Source: a virus (lineage: Duplodnaviria; Caudoviricetes). From it: a stretch of DNA of 28,524 nt. The stretch is from the IMG/VR virus record IMGVR_UViG_3300034410_000388, positions 1-28,524 of that record; one strand, given 5' to 3'. Numbering within the stretch: the first letter of the stretch is position 1; every line of letters starts with the position of its first letter. The position numbers and the translations under genes were made by a program. The notes under the pieces were generated by a model. That model ran no database searches, was not told the DNA's origin, and worked only from the letters and a program-made list of their open reading frames with translations. This document shows positions 9,259-16,836 of this stretch, one piece after another.

Positions 9259-10097
9259 TAACCCAGCACACGCGCAACCACTACACGGTCACCACGCCGG
9301 AGGTAGAGTCCGGGGTCAAGCAATACGTCCTCATCCTTTCCGACGTCCACTACGACTCCAAGAGCTGCGACCGGGATATGTTGACCAAGCACCTCAACCA
9401 AGCCAAGGAGCGCGGCGCAAAGGTGTTTCTTAATGGCGACTTCTTGGATTTGATGGGCGGCAAGTACGACCCACGCAATACGCTCCCCGGAGGGCTGCGC
9501 CCAGAGTACCGAGGACAGGACTACTTCGACCTCGTCACTGCCGACGCTGTGGAGTTCTTGGAGCCGTACAAGGACATCCTCACGGTATATGCCCAAGGCA
9601 ACCACGAGACCAACGTCAAGAAGCGCCAGCACACCGACCTATCAAAAAGGGTTGTGGAGGCTCTCCAGGCTATCGGGAGCCCCATTCAGCTTGGAGGATA
9701 CTCCGGATATATCCGTTGGCAGTACCTATATACCACCGAGTGCAAGTCATATATGATGCACTACCACCACGGGTACGGAGGCAACGCCCCACGAAGTAAG
9801 GGCGTGCTACACGCCGACATCGACGCGGCGAAGTTTCCCGACGCGGATCTCATCGTGCGGGGCCACGACCATAACAAATGGCACCTCCCAATTACGACCG
9901 AGCGCATCACCCAAAAAATGGCGGTGACCAAGAGCACGGTGCACCATATCCGTTGCGGCAGCTATAAGAAACTCGGAGACGGGTATTCGGGATGGGAGGT
10001 AGAGAAGGGGTTCTCACAGCCTCGCCTCGGCGGGTGGTGGTGGTACTGCATGAAGCAGGGCCGCGGGTGGGAGACTGGCGTCGAAGAAGCCCACTAA
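9255..10097 (+). CDS. Calcineurin-like metallophosphoesterase
   Basis: SDVH, GDFLD, GNHE, HHG, GHDH motifs in canonical order. Confidence 0.9.
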   Translation: MITQHTRNHYTVTTPEVESGVKQYVLILSDVHYDSKSCDRDMLTKHLNQAKERGAKVFLNGDFLDLMGGKYDPRNTLPGGLRPEYRGQDYFDLVTADAVEFLEPYKDILTVYAQGNHETNVKKRQHTDLSKRVVEALQAIGSPIQLGGYSGYIRWQYLYTTECKSYMMHYHHGYGGNAPRSKGVLHADIDAAKFPDADLIVRGHDHNKWHLPITTERITQKMAVTKSTVHHIRCGSYKKLGDGYSGWEVEKGFSQPRLGGWWWYCMKQGRGWETGVEEAH

Positions 10098-10130
10098 AAA
10101 AAGAGCCCCCGAACGTTTCCGGAGGCTCCC
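10095..10130 (-). terminator. Intrinsic terminator of leftward early operon
   Basis: Minus strand GAGCCTCCG-GAAACG-TTCGGGGGCTC followed by a T run; between convergent genes. Confidence 0.8.
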
Positions 10131-10176
10131 TAACTTAACCAAATTGCTGAGCACTTGCCGGCTCGTGGTTAATATA

Positions 10177-10440
10177 CTACGTCTCACGCTCAACAGTATA
10201 CAGCCCCCATAGAAAAGTTTTTTTCGTCTTGTGCTTTTTACGCGCTGGCCGAGATGTGGGCAGGTTCAAAGAGAACTGCGTCGGCGCGTGCTTCAGTGTC
10301 GTGTGATACCGCTGCTCCACACTTCTGCGGGTGCGGTCAAATTGCGGCGCGATACGGGACCACCTGATGCGGTCGCCGTTCTTGTGTTGGTTAATCAATG
10401 CAAGCAGCAGTTGATCCTCCTGTTTAGTCCATCGTTTCAT
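10177..10440 (-). CDS. Myb/SANT-like helix-turn-helix protein
   Basis: RWTKQEDQLL...W..IA..F.RT..SV..RY...L matches Myb repeat spacing. Confidence 0.7.
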   Translation of the reverse strand: MKRWTKQEDQLLLALINQHKNGDRIRWSRIAPQFDRTRRSVEQRYHTTLKHAPTQFSLNLPTSRPARKKHKTKKTFLWGLYTVERET

Positions 10441-10634
10441 GCGTTCTCATTATGGTAGCGGAATTCCCACCGCACCTCCTGACGGGACAGGCGGCAGTTG
10501 TCGGCTATGGCGTTAAGCACCTGGTCGTTCCCGGTGCGAATCTGTCGGAGCAGTTGCTCCCTATTAGTTCCCAGTTTTGCGGCGCACTTGTGCACGCTCC
10601 CGTACTGGCTGATTATCATATCGAAGAAGTCCAT
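10437..10634 (-). CDS. Small HTH DNA-binding protein
   Basis: YGSVHKCAAKLGTNREQL HTH-like; coupled overlaps on both sides. Confidence 0.55.
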   Translation of the reverse strand: MDFFDMIISQYGSVHKCAAKLGTNREQLLRQIRTGNDQVLNAIADNCRLSRQEVRWEFRYHNENA

Positions 10635-10903
10635 CAGAATGAGTTTAAAGACCCGCAGTACCGGTTGCCATAGATTGAGGCTCTGGAGCTGAGGGTGTGG
10701 TTTATTTCTCGCGGGTCGTAGAAATGCGGATAGATGACGAAGCCGGGGCCCTCGACCTGGCTCGTGATGAGGTGGGGAGCTTCTCCGTATCCGGTGGGCG
10801 CATCGCGGTTAATTTGCTGCAATCCCCTATCCTGCATCATATGGCCCCAATTGCGCTTGGCCTCCCTCCACGTCCTGCAATGGAAGTTATACCAGTCAAT
10901 CAT
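10634..10903 (-). CDS. Hypothetical protein
   Basis: ATGA/TGATG coupled within leftward operon. Confidence 0.6.
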   Translation of the reverse strand: MIDWYNFHCRTWREAKRNWGHMMQDRGLQQINRDAPTGYGEAPHLITSQVEGPGFVIYPHFYDPREINHTLSSRASIYGNRYCGSLNSF

Positions 10904-11124
10904 ATTTGGTTTATTCGGGCGTGGATGAAGTCGAGCGCGGTACGCATGGCGCGAAGCTCTGACAGCTTGGGGTCGTCGGAGAGGTATCCGCTGTGTTCGC
11001 GGTCTTCGGTTAGCTCTGCCGTCCGTGCGGTGATGTGGTTGTCTAGCTTGCCCACCTCGTCATAAATGACGCGGGACATATCGCGGACGGCCTCAGCGCG
11101 TCCCAGTTTGTGGTCGGTGTTCAT
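10900..11124 (-). CDS. Hypothetical helical protein
   Basis: ATGA-coupled within leftward operon. Confidence 0.65.
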   Translation of the reverse strand: MNTDHKLGRAEAVRDMSRVIYDEVGKLDNHITARTAELTEDREHSGYLSDDPKLSELRAMRTALDFIHARINQI

Positions 11125-11297
11125 GCGTTCCGCTCTTTAAGGATGTCCATGGCATCGTCTGCAATCTTCTCCAGGCGTTGCGTGTAGTTCTGTAGGTCCT
11201 TCAGTTTACGGACAAGGGACATATCGCGCCGCTTCACGCAGTCGGGAGTGGCGAGCTGGATGACCTCGTCGAATAGTTGTGTCGTTGTGTATTGCAT
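11121..11297 (-). CDS. Hypothetical 58-aa protein, probably leaderless (not in ORF track)
   Basis: MQYTTTQLFDEVIQLATPDCVKRRDMSLVRKLKDLQNYTQRLEKIADDAMDILKERNA*; ATG 4 nt after TATATTTG; ATGA overlap with next gene. Confidence 0.75.
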   Translation of the reverse strand: MQYTTTQLFDEVIQLATPDCVKRRDMSLVRKLKDLQNYTQRLEKIADDAMDILKERNA

Positions 11298-11301
11298 GTC
11301 A

Positions 11302-11334
11302 CAAATATATGCGCATCATTTGCAATAAACCAAA
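11302..11334 (-). promoter_or_regulatory. Bacteroidota housekeeping-sigma promoter, leftward
   Basis: Minus strand TTTG (11334-11331), N21, TATATTTG (11309-11302). Confidence 0.8.
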
Positions 11335-11351
11335 TCTTCGCTTTATATTTG
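11319..11351 (+). promoter_or_regulatory. Bacteroidota housekeeping-sigma promoter, rightward
   Basis: TTTG 11319-11322, N21, TATATTTG 11344-11351. Confidence 0.8.
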
Positions 11352-11372
11352 CTCTGTCAAAACACTAAAAAG

Positions 11373-11606
11373 ATGACGAAATACAGACGTTGGTTTACCT
11401 CGGTGAACCGTGCAATCGTTGCAGAGATGGCGATGCAGAAGAAAACCCAGAAGCAGCTCGCCCAAGAGCTCGGAATCCACCCGGCAACGATGAACCGGAA
11501 GCTGAAGGATCCCGGACAGTTCTTCCTCAACGAATTGGGGCAGGTGTGCGAGTGGTTGAACATTGACCTTAAAAACCCCCCGAACTATGGTTCAAGCGCA
11601 AATTGA
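11373..11606 (+). CDS. Cro/XRE-like HTH transcriptional regulator
   Basis: Likely ATG 11373; TQKQLAQELGIHPATMNRKL. Confidence 0.8.
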   Translation: MTKYRRWFTSVNRAIVAEMAMQKKTQKQLAQELGIHPATMNRKLKDPGQFFLNELGQVCEWLNIDLKNPPNYGSSAN

Positions 11607-12021
11607 GTCCATCCAAGGCAAGGGTGATTGGAAGGGGCGCCACGGCGTCATGTACACCTTTGAGATTGCTTTCAACGATGGCACCGTAGGCGAGGCCAAC
11701 AGCAAGAGCCAGGAGCCGCCGTATAAGGTGGGCGATGAGGTCTACTATGAAATCAAGAGTGACGACCAGTACGGCAAGAAGCTCAAGGTTTCCAAGAGCC
11801 CACCCCCGCCGGGAGGATATCAGCAGTTCCAACCCTCCAAACAGGACCCCGACAAGGACAAGAAAATGATTCGGGGGATGTGCTTTAAGGTGGCGGGTAT
11901 GGCGTGGGCCAACCAGTACAAGCACAAGCAATTCGACCTCCCTCATAGTGTCATGGTCAAGGGCGTCATCGCCTTGGCTAAGGAATACGAGCAAGCCTAC
12001 AACGAATGGATGGAAGAATAA
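11587..12021 (+). CDS. Putative ssDNA-binding (OB-fold-like) protein
   Basis: Likely ATG 11587; beta-rich N-domain with aromatic and basic residues, Pro/Gly/Gln linker; replication context. Confidence 0.4.
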   Translation: MVQAQIESIQGKGDWKGRHGVMYTFEIAFNDGTVGEANSKSQEPPYKVGDEVYYEIKSDDQYGKKLKVSKSPPPPGGYQQFQPSKQDPDKDKKMIRGMCFKVAGMAWANQYKHKQFDLPHSVMVKGVIALAKEYEQAYNEWMEE

Positions 12022-12227
12022 TTCGCCGTATGCTGAACGCTGAATCCCTGCCCTACGAGGAGCGCGTATCGCGGATCATGTTTCTGAGGGAGCACCGCAG
12101 AAACCTTCTACGCGCATACTGCGAGGACGACGTGACCAAAAAGGAGAAGGACAAACTGCGGCAGGAGATAGCCAGAGTCCAGAAGGCTTTGAAGAAGCTG
12201 GATCCCGATGGTATGTTTCCCCCATGA
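12006..12227 (+). CDS. Hypothetical coiled-coil protein
   Basis: Fills operon gap; ATGA overlap with initiator. Confidence 0.55.
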   Translation: MDGRIIRRMLNAESLPYEERVSRIMFLREHRRNLLRAYCEDDVTKKEKDKLRQEIARVQKALKKLDPDGMFPP

Positions 12228-12892
12228 AGTATTGGTTCGATACAGACGACGCGCAGCGGTGGGGACTTCCTGCCGCTGCCGTCTTTGCCCATCTCAAGTA
12301 TTGGATAGACCGCAACACCTCGGCAGGGGAGGAGCCGTGCATGACGCAAAGCATCTCCAAGATGCAGAGTCACCTGTCGTTTTTGACCTTCGATCAAATA
12401 CGCCGGGCGCTGTCAAAACTGGAGAAGGACGGGGTCATCTACCGGCAAGGGAATGGCTTCGATCGGAGACACACTTACTGTCTGGCAGAAATGCCACAAG
12501 GACGTGGCGAAATTGCCACAACGATGAGGCAGGATTGCCACAACGACGTGGCACCATTGCCACAAGTACATATAGAAACAAACACTTCTAAGAGAACTAA
12601 GAGAGACGCGCGGGAGGAGTTGGAGTATCAGAGACCGACAGAAGAGGAGGTCATCGAGTACATGGAGGACCGAGGCGCCCATGACCTTGCCCCTACTTTA
12701 GGCCCCGAATTTTGGAACTACTACGAGGCCAACGGATGGATGGTAAACGGGACACCAATAGCCAAGTGGAAACCGAAGGTGAATCAGTGGATCAATCGAG
12801 AACGCAAAAACCAAAGCAATGAACGACGAAAAGGATTTAACCCCGCAGGCTTCTCTCCGGATGGCCTCAAGGACTTTATCGCTAACGGGTAG
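12224..12892 (+). CDS. Replication initiator protein (winged HTH)
   Basis: N-terminal wHTH (QIRRALSKLEKDGVI), central iteron array, C-terminal FWNYYEANGW..KWK domain. Confidence 0.75.
   Translation: MKYWFDTDDAQRWGLPAAAVFAHLKYWIDRNTSAGEEPCMTQSISKMQSHLSFLTFDQIRRALSKLEKDGVIYRQGNGFDRRHTYCLAEMPQGRGEIATTMRQDCHNDVAPLPQVHIETNTSKRTKRDAREELEYQRPTEEEVIEYMEDRGAHDLAPTLGPEFWNYYEANGWMVNGTPIAKWKPKVNQWINRERKNQSNERRKGFNPAGFSPDGLKDFIANG
12483..12570 (+). repeat. Four 22-bp iterons, putative replication origin
   Basis: TGGCAGAAATGCCACAAGGACG / TGGCGAAATTGCCACAACGATG / AGGCAGGATTGCCACAACGACG / TGGCACCATTGCCACAAGTACA, followed by A-rich 12571-12605. Confidence 0.85.
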
Positions 12893-13382
12893 GACTGAGC
12901 TACTCCTAAAGGGAGAACGTGGAAATTTGACCCCTCAAAATGCGTGGGAGGAGGGAACCAACATTCGGACCGCACTCAGGCTCAACCCGCAAATGGTCCG
13001 GGCGTGGTTTCTCGCCGAGCTGGGAAGGCTCATCAAGTTCGTGGACGCCACCAAAACCATCCAAGACAACGAGGAACTGAGCGAGACGGCGCGGGCGCTC
13101 ATGGAGGAGTTTCCGGCCTTTAAGCTGGAGGAGTTCGCGCTGGTCTTCGAAGGCATCAAGAGAAACAAGTTCGGCCCCATGTACGGCCGCCTAAAGTTGG
13201 GCGAGCTTATGGAGTGCTGCCGAAAGTGGGAGGAGACCAGAGCCGAGAGGATTCTAGAGCGTAAGCATCGTCCCGAACATGACCCATACCAAAGGCATTC
13301 GGGCACACGAGAGGAGAGAAAAGCTATATTGGTAACCGTCGAGGACCTGATCGACCTCGGACAAATCAAGCCCCCGGAATGA
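12819..13382 (+). CDS. Hypothetical protein, helicase loader-like by position
   Basis: Helical 187 aa directly after initiator; exact start uncertain. Confidence 0.45.
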   Translation: MNDEKDLTPQASLRMASRTLSLTGRTELLLKGERGNLTPQNAWEEGTNIRTALRLNPQMVRAWFLAELGRLIKFVDATKTIQDNEELSETARALMEEFPAFKLEEFALVFEGIKRNKFGPMYGRLKLGELMECCRKWEETRAERILERKHRPEHDPYQRHSGTREERKAILVTVEDLIDLGQIKPPE

Positions 13383-13513
13383 TAGAAGGCATCCTCGTAG
13401 CTATCGCGATACTCACCTTTGCACAGGTGGGTGCGGAATACTACCAAGAGCACCAGGTTCGTCTGTTTAATCTTGTTGTATTGTTGCTGTCATGCCTCGC
13501 CCTGTTCGTATGA
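13379..13513 (+). CDS. Small two-TM membrane protein, 44 aa (not in ORF track)
   Basis: MIEGILVAIAILTFAQVGAEYYQEHQVRLFNLVVLLLSCLALFV*; ATGA overlaps at both ends. Confidence 0.7.
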   Translation: MIEGILVAIAILTFAQVGAEYYQEHQVRLFNLVVLLLSCLALFV

Positions 13514-13890
13514 CCCGAAAGAAGCTCATTGCCCGCCTCGACAAGGTCTTTTCGCAATGGGTGCGGAGTAAGGACGCCGACCATCGCGGCTTCGTGCAGT
13601 GCTTCACCTGCGGCGTGTGGAAGCATTGGAAGACGGTCGACGCCGGACACTTCCAATCCCGCGCGAAGTTCTCGACCCGGTGGGATGAGATGAATGTAAA
13701 ATGTCAATGTAAAGCCTGCAACGGATTCCGCAGCGGGGAGCAGTTCAAGTTCGCCCGTGAGCTAGATCTAAAGTACGGCGAGGGGACCGCAATGGAGTTG
13801 GAGCAGCTATCGAATACGACGAAGAAGTTCAGCAGCGAGGAACTGGAGGCACTCATCGACGTCTACAACCGCAGACTCCGGAAGTTGTGA
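13510..13890 (+). CDS. ninG: NinG/Rap-family recombination endonuclease
   Basis: LDKVFSQWVR..D, CFTCG, DAGHF.SR, RWDE.N...QC..CN motifs; likely start ATG 13510. Confidence 0.85.
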   Translation: MTRKKLIARLDKVFSQWVRSKDADHRGFVQCFTCGVWKHWKTVDAGHFQSRAKFSTRWDEMNVKCQCKACNGFRSGEQFKFARELDLKYGEGTAMELEQLSNTTKKFSSEELEALIDVYNRRLRKL

Positions 13891-14423
13891 CGTTGGACGG
13901 CTACCTCTCCCGCAATTACGACGACCTGCTTCAGGCCGCGTATCGCATCGCAGGGAAGGACGGGCCGGACCTATTGCACGAGGTCATACTGCAACTGTAC
14001 CAAACCAAACAGGACACCATAGACGGCCTCCTAGAGCGCGACCAAATGAAGTATTGGGTCTTGAGGGTTATGGTCAACAACTACAACTCAAAAACCTCCC
14101 GATATCATTACAAGTGGAGAAAGGACATCGAGCGCCGCCGCAAGTTCGCCCGGCACATTGTCGACTGGTGGGATGGGGACGGGGTAGCGGCACACCGCGA
14201 CGAGCTCCTCACGCATATTGAGGAGCGCCTTGCCGACCTCCCGTGGTTTGACGCTGAGGTGTTTGCCATATACTTCGAAGAGGGCCACACGCTCGATTCA
14301 TTCGCCGAGGCGACGGGCATCAGCCGCCACAAACTATACACTACGATACGACGTGTCAGAAAAGAAATCCAAGGGGCTCGGCGACCAGATCGCAAAGCTG
14401 ACGAAGGCGACGGGAATCGATAA
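13887..14423 (+). CDS. Phage-encoded ECF-like sigma-70 factor
   Basis: Region 2-like (AYRIAG...DLLHEVILQL) and region 4 HTH (LP..DAEVF..YF.EG.T....AEATGIS...Y.TI.R.R..I). Confidence 0.8.
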   Translation: MTLDGYLSRNYDDLLQAAYRIAGKDGPDLLHEVILQLYQTKQDTIDGLLERDQMKYWVLRVMVNNYNSKTSRYHYKWRKDIERRRKFARHIVDWWDGDGVAAHRDELLTHIEERLADLPWFDAEVFAIYFEEGHTLDSFAEATGISRHKLYTTIRRVRKEIQGARRPDRKADEGDGNR

Positions 14424-14712
14424 GCTCGTCCACGCCGTAGTTGAGGACTGCGGGTGTGAGGAACGCCGCGCGAAATTGAACGCCCAGTTCCCTGGTCGGA
14501 ATGTGGAGATGTCTGCCGAGGACGTGAGCGCCTTCGCGGAGCTGTTGCCAGCGATAGACAAGGGCGTTTTGAATCGCGCCGAGACGCGCACCATGTACGA
14601 TATTTTCAATCAGACCTTCAGCGCCAACGAGAGGCCGTGCAGTTGTGCGGGCAAGAACAAGCGCATGGTCAAAAAACTACGACGAGCATATGAGTATTCG
14701 TGTAAACCTTAA
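14353..14712 (+). CDS. Phage protein with Cys pairs
   Basis: Likely GTG 14353; SKGLGD.I.K.T..TGI.K...DCGC..R..KLN and CSC. Confidence 0.65.
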   Translation: MSEKKSKGLGDQIAKLTKATGIDKLVHAVVEDCGCEERRAKLNAQFPGRNVEMSAEDVSAFAELLPAIDKGVLNRAETRTMYDIFNQTFSANERPCSCAGKNKRMVKKLRRAYEYSCKP

Positions 14713-15013
14713 GACGTGGAGCAATTACCCCGACGCGGTAAGCAATAACGCCAAGCGCGGGATCGAGCTAAACGAGAAGGTGGGCAATAAGTGCGCCACC
14801 CAGGTCGGGAAGGTCCGCGCCCAACAGCTCGCCAAGGGTGAACCCGTCTCATTCGATACCGTGCAGCGGATGTACTCCTACCTCTCTCGCGCGGAGGAGT
14901 ATTACGACGAATCCAATACGCAAGCGTGCGGAACTATTTCGTACCTTCTATGGGGCGGAAAGGCTGGACTGCGGTGGGCCGAGAAGGTGATGAGGGAAGA
15001 AGGCAAACTCTAA
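14690..15013 (+). CDS. Phage domain of unknown function, stand-alone
   Basis: Likely ATG 14690; YP....NNAKR..E, T.VG..RA.QLA, RM.SYLSR, G.I.YLLWGG..G..WA. Confidence 0.7.
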   Translation: MSIRVNLKTWSNYPDAVSNNAKRGIELNEKVGNKCATQVGKVRAQQLAKGEPVSFDTVQRMYSYLSRAEEYYDESNTQACGTISYLLWGGKAGLRWAEKVMREEGKL

Positions 15014-15035
15014 AAACAAGAAGGGTAATTTTGGT

Positions 15036-15043
15036 TATATTGC
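15036..15043 (+). promoter_or_regulatory. Possible -7 promoter element
   Basis: TATATTGC in an AT-rich gap, 17 nt before ATG 15061; no well-spaced TTTG. Confidence 0.45.
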
Positions 15044-15060
15044 GGCAAAACACACCAATA

Positions 15061-15444
15061 ATGCGCCAATATTACACCCCAAAACAGGTCGGCGAAATGC
15101 TCCAAGTTGACTTGCCGTATGTGTACGGACTGATGAAGAGCAACCAAATCCAAGCCTTCGACATCTTGCCAGGCGTAACCCGTATCACCTCGGACTCCAT
15201 CGACCTCTTCGTCGAGCGTAGAGCCGCCGCAGGAACGTCGGTATACAATATGCCCGAGGAATTCAATAAGCTACCCCAACGCGCTTGGAACGTGCTTCAT
15301 CGGTTGGCCATGTTCAACTCCGTCGAGGACCTGACCCAATACAGCCGAAAGGACTGGATGCGATTCCGTGGGGTAGGGGAGAATACCGTGAACGAAATCG
15401 AGCGGCTCTGCCAGGAGCACGGGATGACATTAGCTGCGGAATGA
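15061..15444 (+). CDS. Excisionase-like HTH fused to RNA polymerase alpha-CTD-like domain
   Basis: N-term YYTPKQVGEMLQV....VY.LMK...I.A; C-term LPQRAWNVL....FNSVEDL..YS..DW.RFRGVG..TV.EI...C..HG..L. Confidence 0.7.
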   Translation: MRQYYTPKQVGEMLQVDLPYVYGLMKSNQIQAFDILPGVTRITSDSIDLFVERRAAAGTSVYNMPEEFNKLPQRAWNVLHRLAMFNSVEDLTQYSRKDWMRFRGVGENTVNEIERLCQEHGMTLAAE

Positions 15445-15611
15445 CAAAGCGAGAAATCCTATTTACCAAGATCCACGAGAAGGACGGCAAGCGATACAAG
15501 GCCACGACGTGGGACTGTACCCCACCCGGACACCATGAGGAGTACACTTTGAGTCAAACGGAATGGAAGCTGCTCGAAGACATGCCGAAAAAGCAGATGC
15601 AACTGTTCTGA
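15441..15611 (+). CDS. 56-aa protein ending in QMQLF
   Basis: ATG 15441, ATGA-coupled. Confidence 0.65.
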   Translation: MTKREILFTKIHEKDGKRYKATTWDCTPPGHHEEYTLSQTEWKLLEDMPKKQMQLF

Positions 15612-15760
15612 TGAGGGAGGTCGTATACCAGCGGGTAATCGAGAGGGACGGAAGGAAGTACTTGGAGACAGGATACGAGGAGAAGACCCCGACCGGAGTA
15701 ATCCGAACGGCTAAATTTGAGACCTACCACGACCCGAACACCCAAACGAAACTGTTTTGA
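15611..15760 (+). CDS. 49-aa protein ending in QTKLF
   Basis: ATG 15611, TGATG-coupled; similar to preceding gene. Confidence 0.65.
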   Translation: MREVVYQRVIERDGRKYLETGYEEKTPTGVIRTAKFETYHDPNTQTKLF

Positions 15761-16836
15761 AGGCAGACATAAACACCATAAAGGAGAACCCGCACAACCC
15801 CCGGACCATAACCGAGGAGAAGTTTCGCAAGCTCGTAACCTCACTGCGGGAATTTCCGGAGATGCTAGAGGCTCGCCCCATCGTAGTCGACAAGGACAAT
15901 ATCGTGCTGGGCGGAAACATGAGGCTCAAGGCAGCGCGCGAAGCTGGTCTAATAGAGGTACCCATCTATCGCTCGGAATGGAGCCACAACAAAAGCTCGG
16001 AGTTTGTCATCAAAGACAACGTAGGCTTCGGAGAGTGGGATTGGGATCTACTGGCCAACGAGTGGGATGTCTACCCCCTTGCCGAGTGGGGTTTGGATGT
16101 ATGGACGCCGGAGGAAGAAGTGGAAGGATTGACCGACCCGGATGAGGTGCCCGAGGTGCCCGAGGTGCCCACCACCAAACCGGGCGACCTGTGGATATTG
16201 GGAGACCACCGCCTCTTGTGTGGTGACTCTACCAAAGCCGAGGACGTGGAACGGCTAATGGATGGGGCAACGGCTGACGCGCTTGTCACCGACCCGCCCT
16301 ACGGCATGGCTTTTCAGAGCAATTACCGCAAGCAAAAACACCAAGAGATAGAAAACGACGGCAACGACAAGTGTCTACACCTCGCCTGTTTATGGCCCGT
16401 AACCTTTGCCAGATATGTTTGGTGTCGGTGGGATAACTTGGGGAGCATACCTCACCCAAAAAGCCTTATTACATGGGTCAAGAACAACTGGTCGATGGGA
16501 GACTTGGAACACGAACACGCAAGGCAGACGGAGGTCTGCGCTTTTTACGCTGGCAAGAATCACAAGTGGCCCAACAAAAGACCGGCAGACGTAGTGCAAC
16601 ACGACCGAACAGGTAACAAGCTACACCCAACACAGAAGCCAGTAGAACTTTTGGAAGAAGTAATTGGATGGACGGAGGGTTTAGTGGTTGACCCGTTTCT
16701 CGGTTCAGGCTCCACCCTCATCGCGGCGGAGAAGACAGGGCGCAAATGCTACGGCATGGAACTCGACCCGAAATACTGTGACGTTATCGTCAAGCGGTGG
16801 GAGGACTTTACCGGACAGAAAGCCGAGAAGCAATGA
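15757..16836 (+). CDS. ParB-N domain / N6-N4 DNA methyltransferase fusion
   Basis: NP.NPR...GGN.RL.AA ParB/Srx domain; LG.HRLLCGDS, TDPPY, HPTQKP, DPFLGSGST in beta-class order. Confidence 0.9.
   Translation: MKADINTIKENPHNPRTITEEKFRKLVTSLREFPEMLEARPIVVDKDNIVLGGNMRLKAAREAGLIEVPIYRSEWSHNKSSEFVIKDNVGFGEWDWDLLANEWDVYPLAEWGLDVWTPEEEVEGLTDPDEVPEVPEVPTTKPGDLWILGDHRLLCGDSTKAEDVERLMDGATADALVTDPPYGMAFQSNYRKQKHQEIENDGNDKCLHLACLWPVTFARYVWCRWDNLGSIPHPKSLITWVKNNWSMGDLEHEHARQTEVCAFYAGKNHKWPNKRPADVVQHDRTGNKLHPTQKPVELLEEVIGWTEGLVVDPFLGSGSTLIAAEKTGRKCYGMELDPKYCDVIVKRWEDFTGQKAEKQ
16144..16170 (+). repeat. Perfect 9-bp tandem repeat x3 (EVP)
   Basis: GAGGTGCCC x3 in the inter-domain linker. Confidence 0.9.

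Noticed and set aside
12483-12570. Mini CRISPR array
   Set aside because: Contiguous 22-bp units without spacers inside an initiator gene; better explained as iterons
15757-16100. ParB domain as a plasmid-prophage partition system
   Set aside because: Fused to a methyltransferase, no ParA and no parS-like array; a common phage fusion
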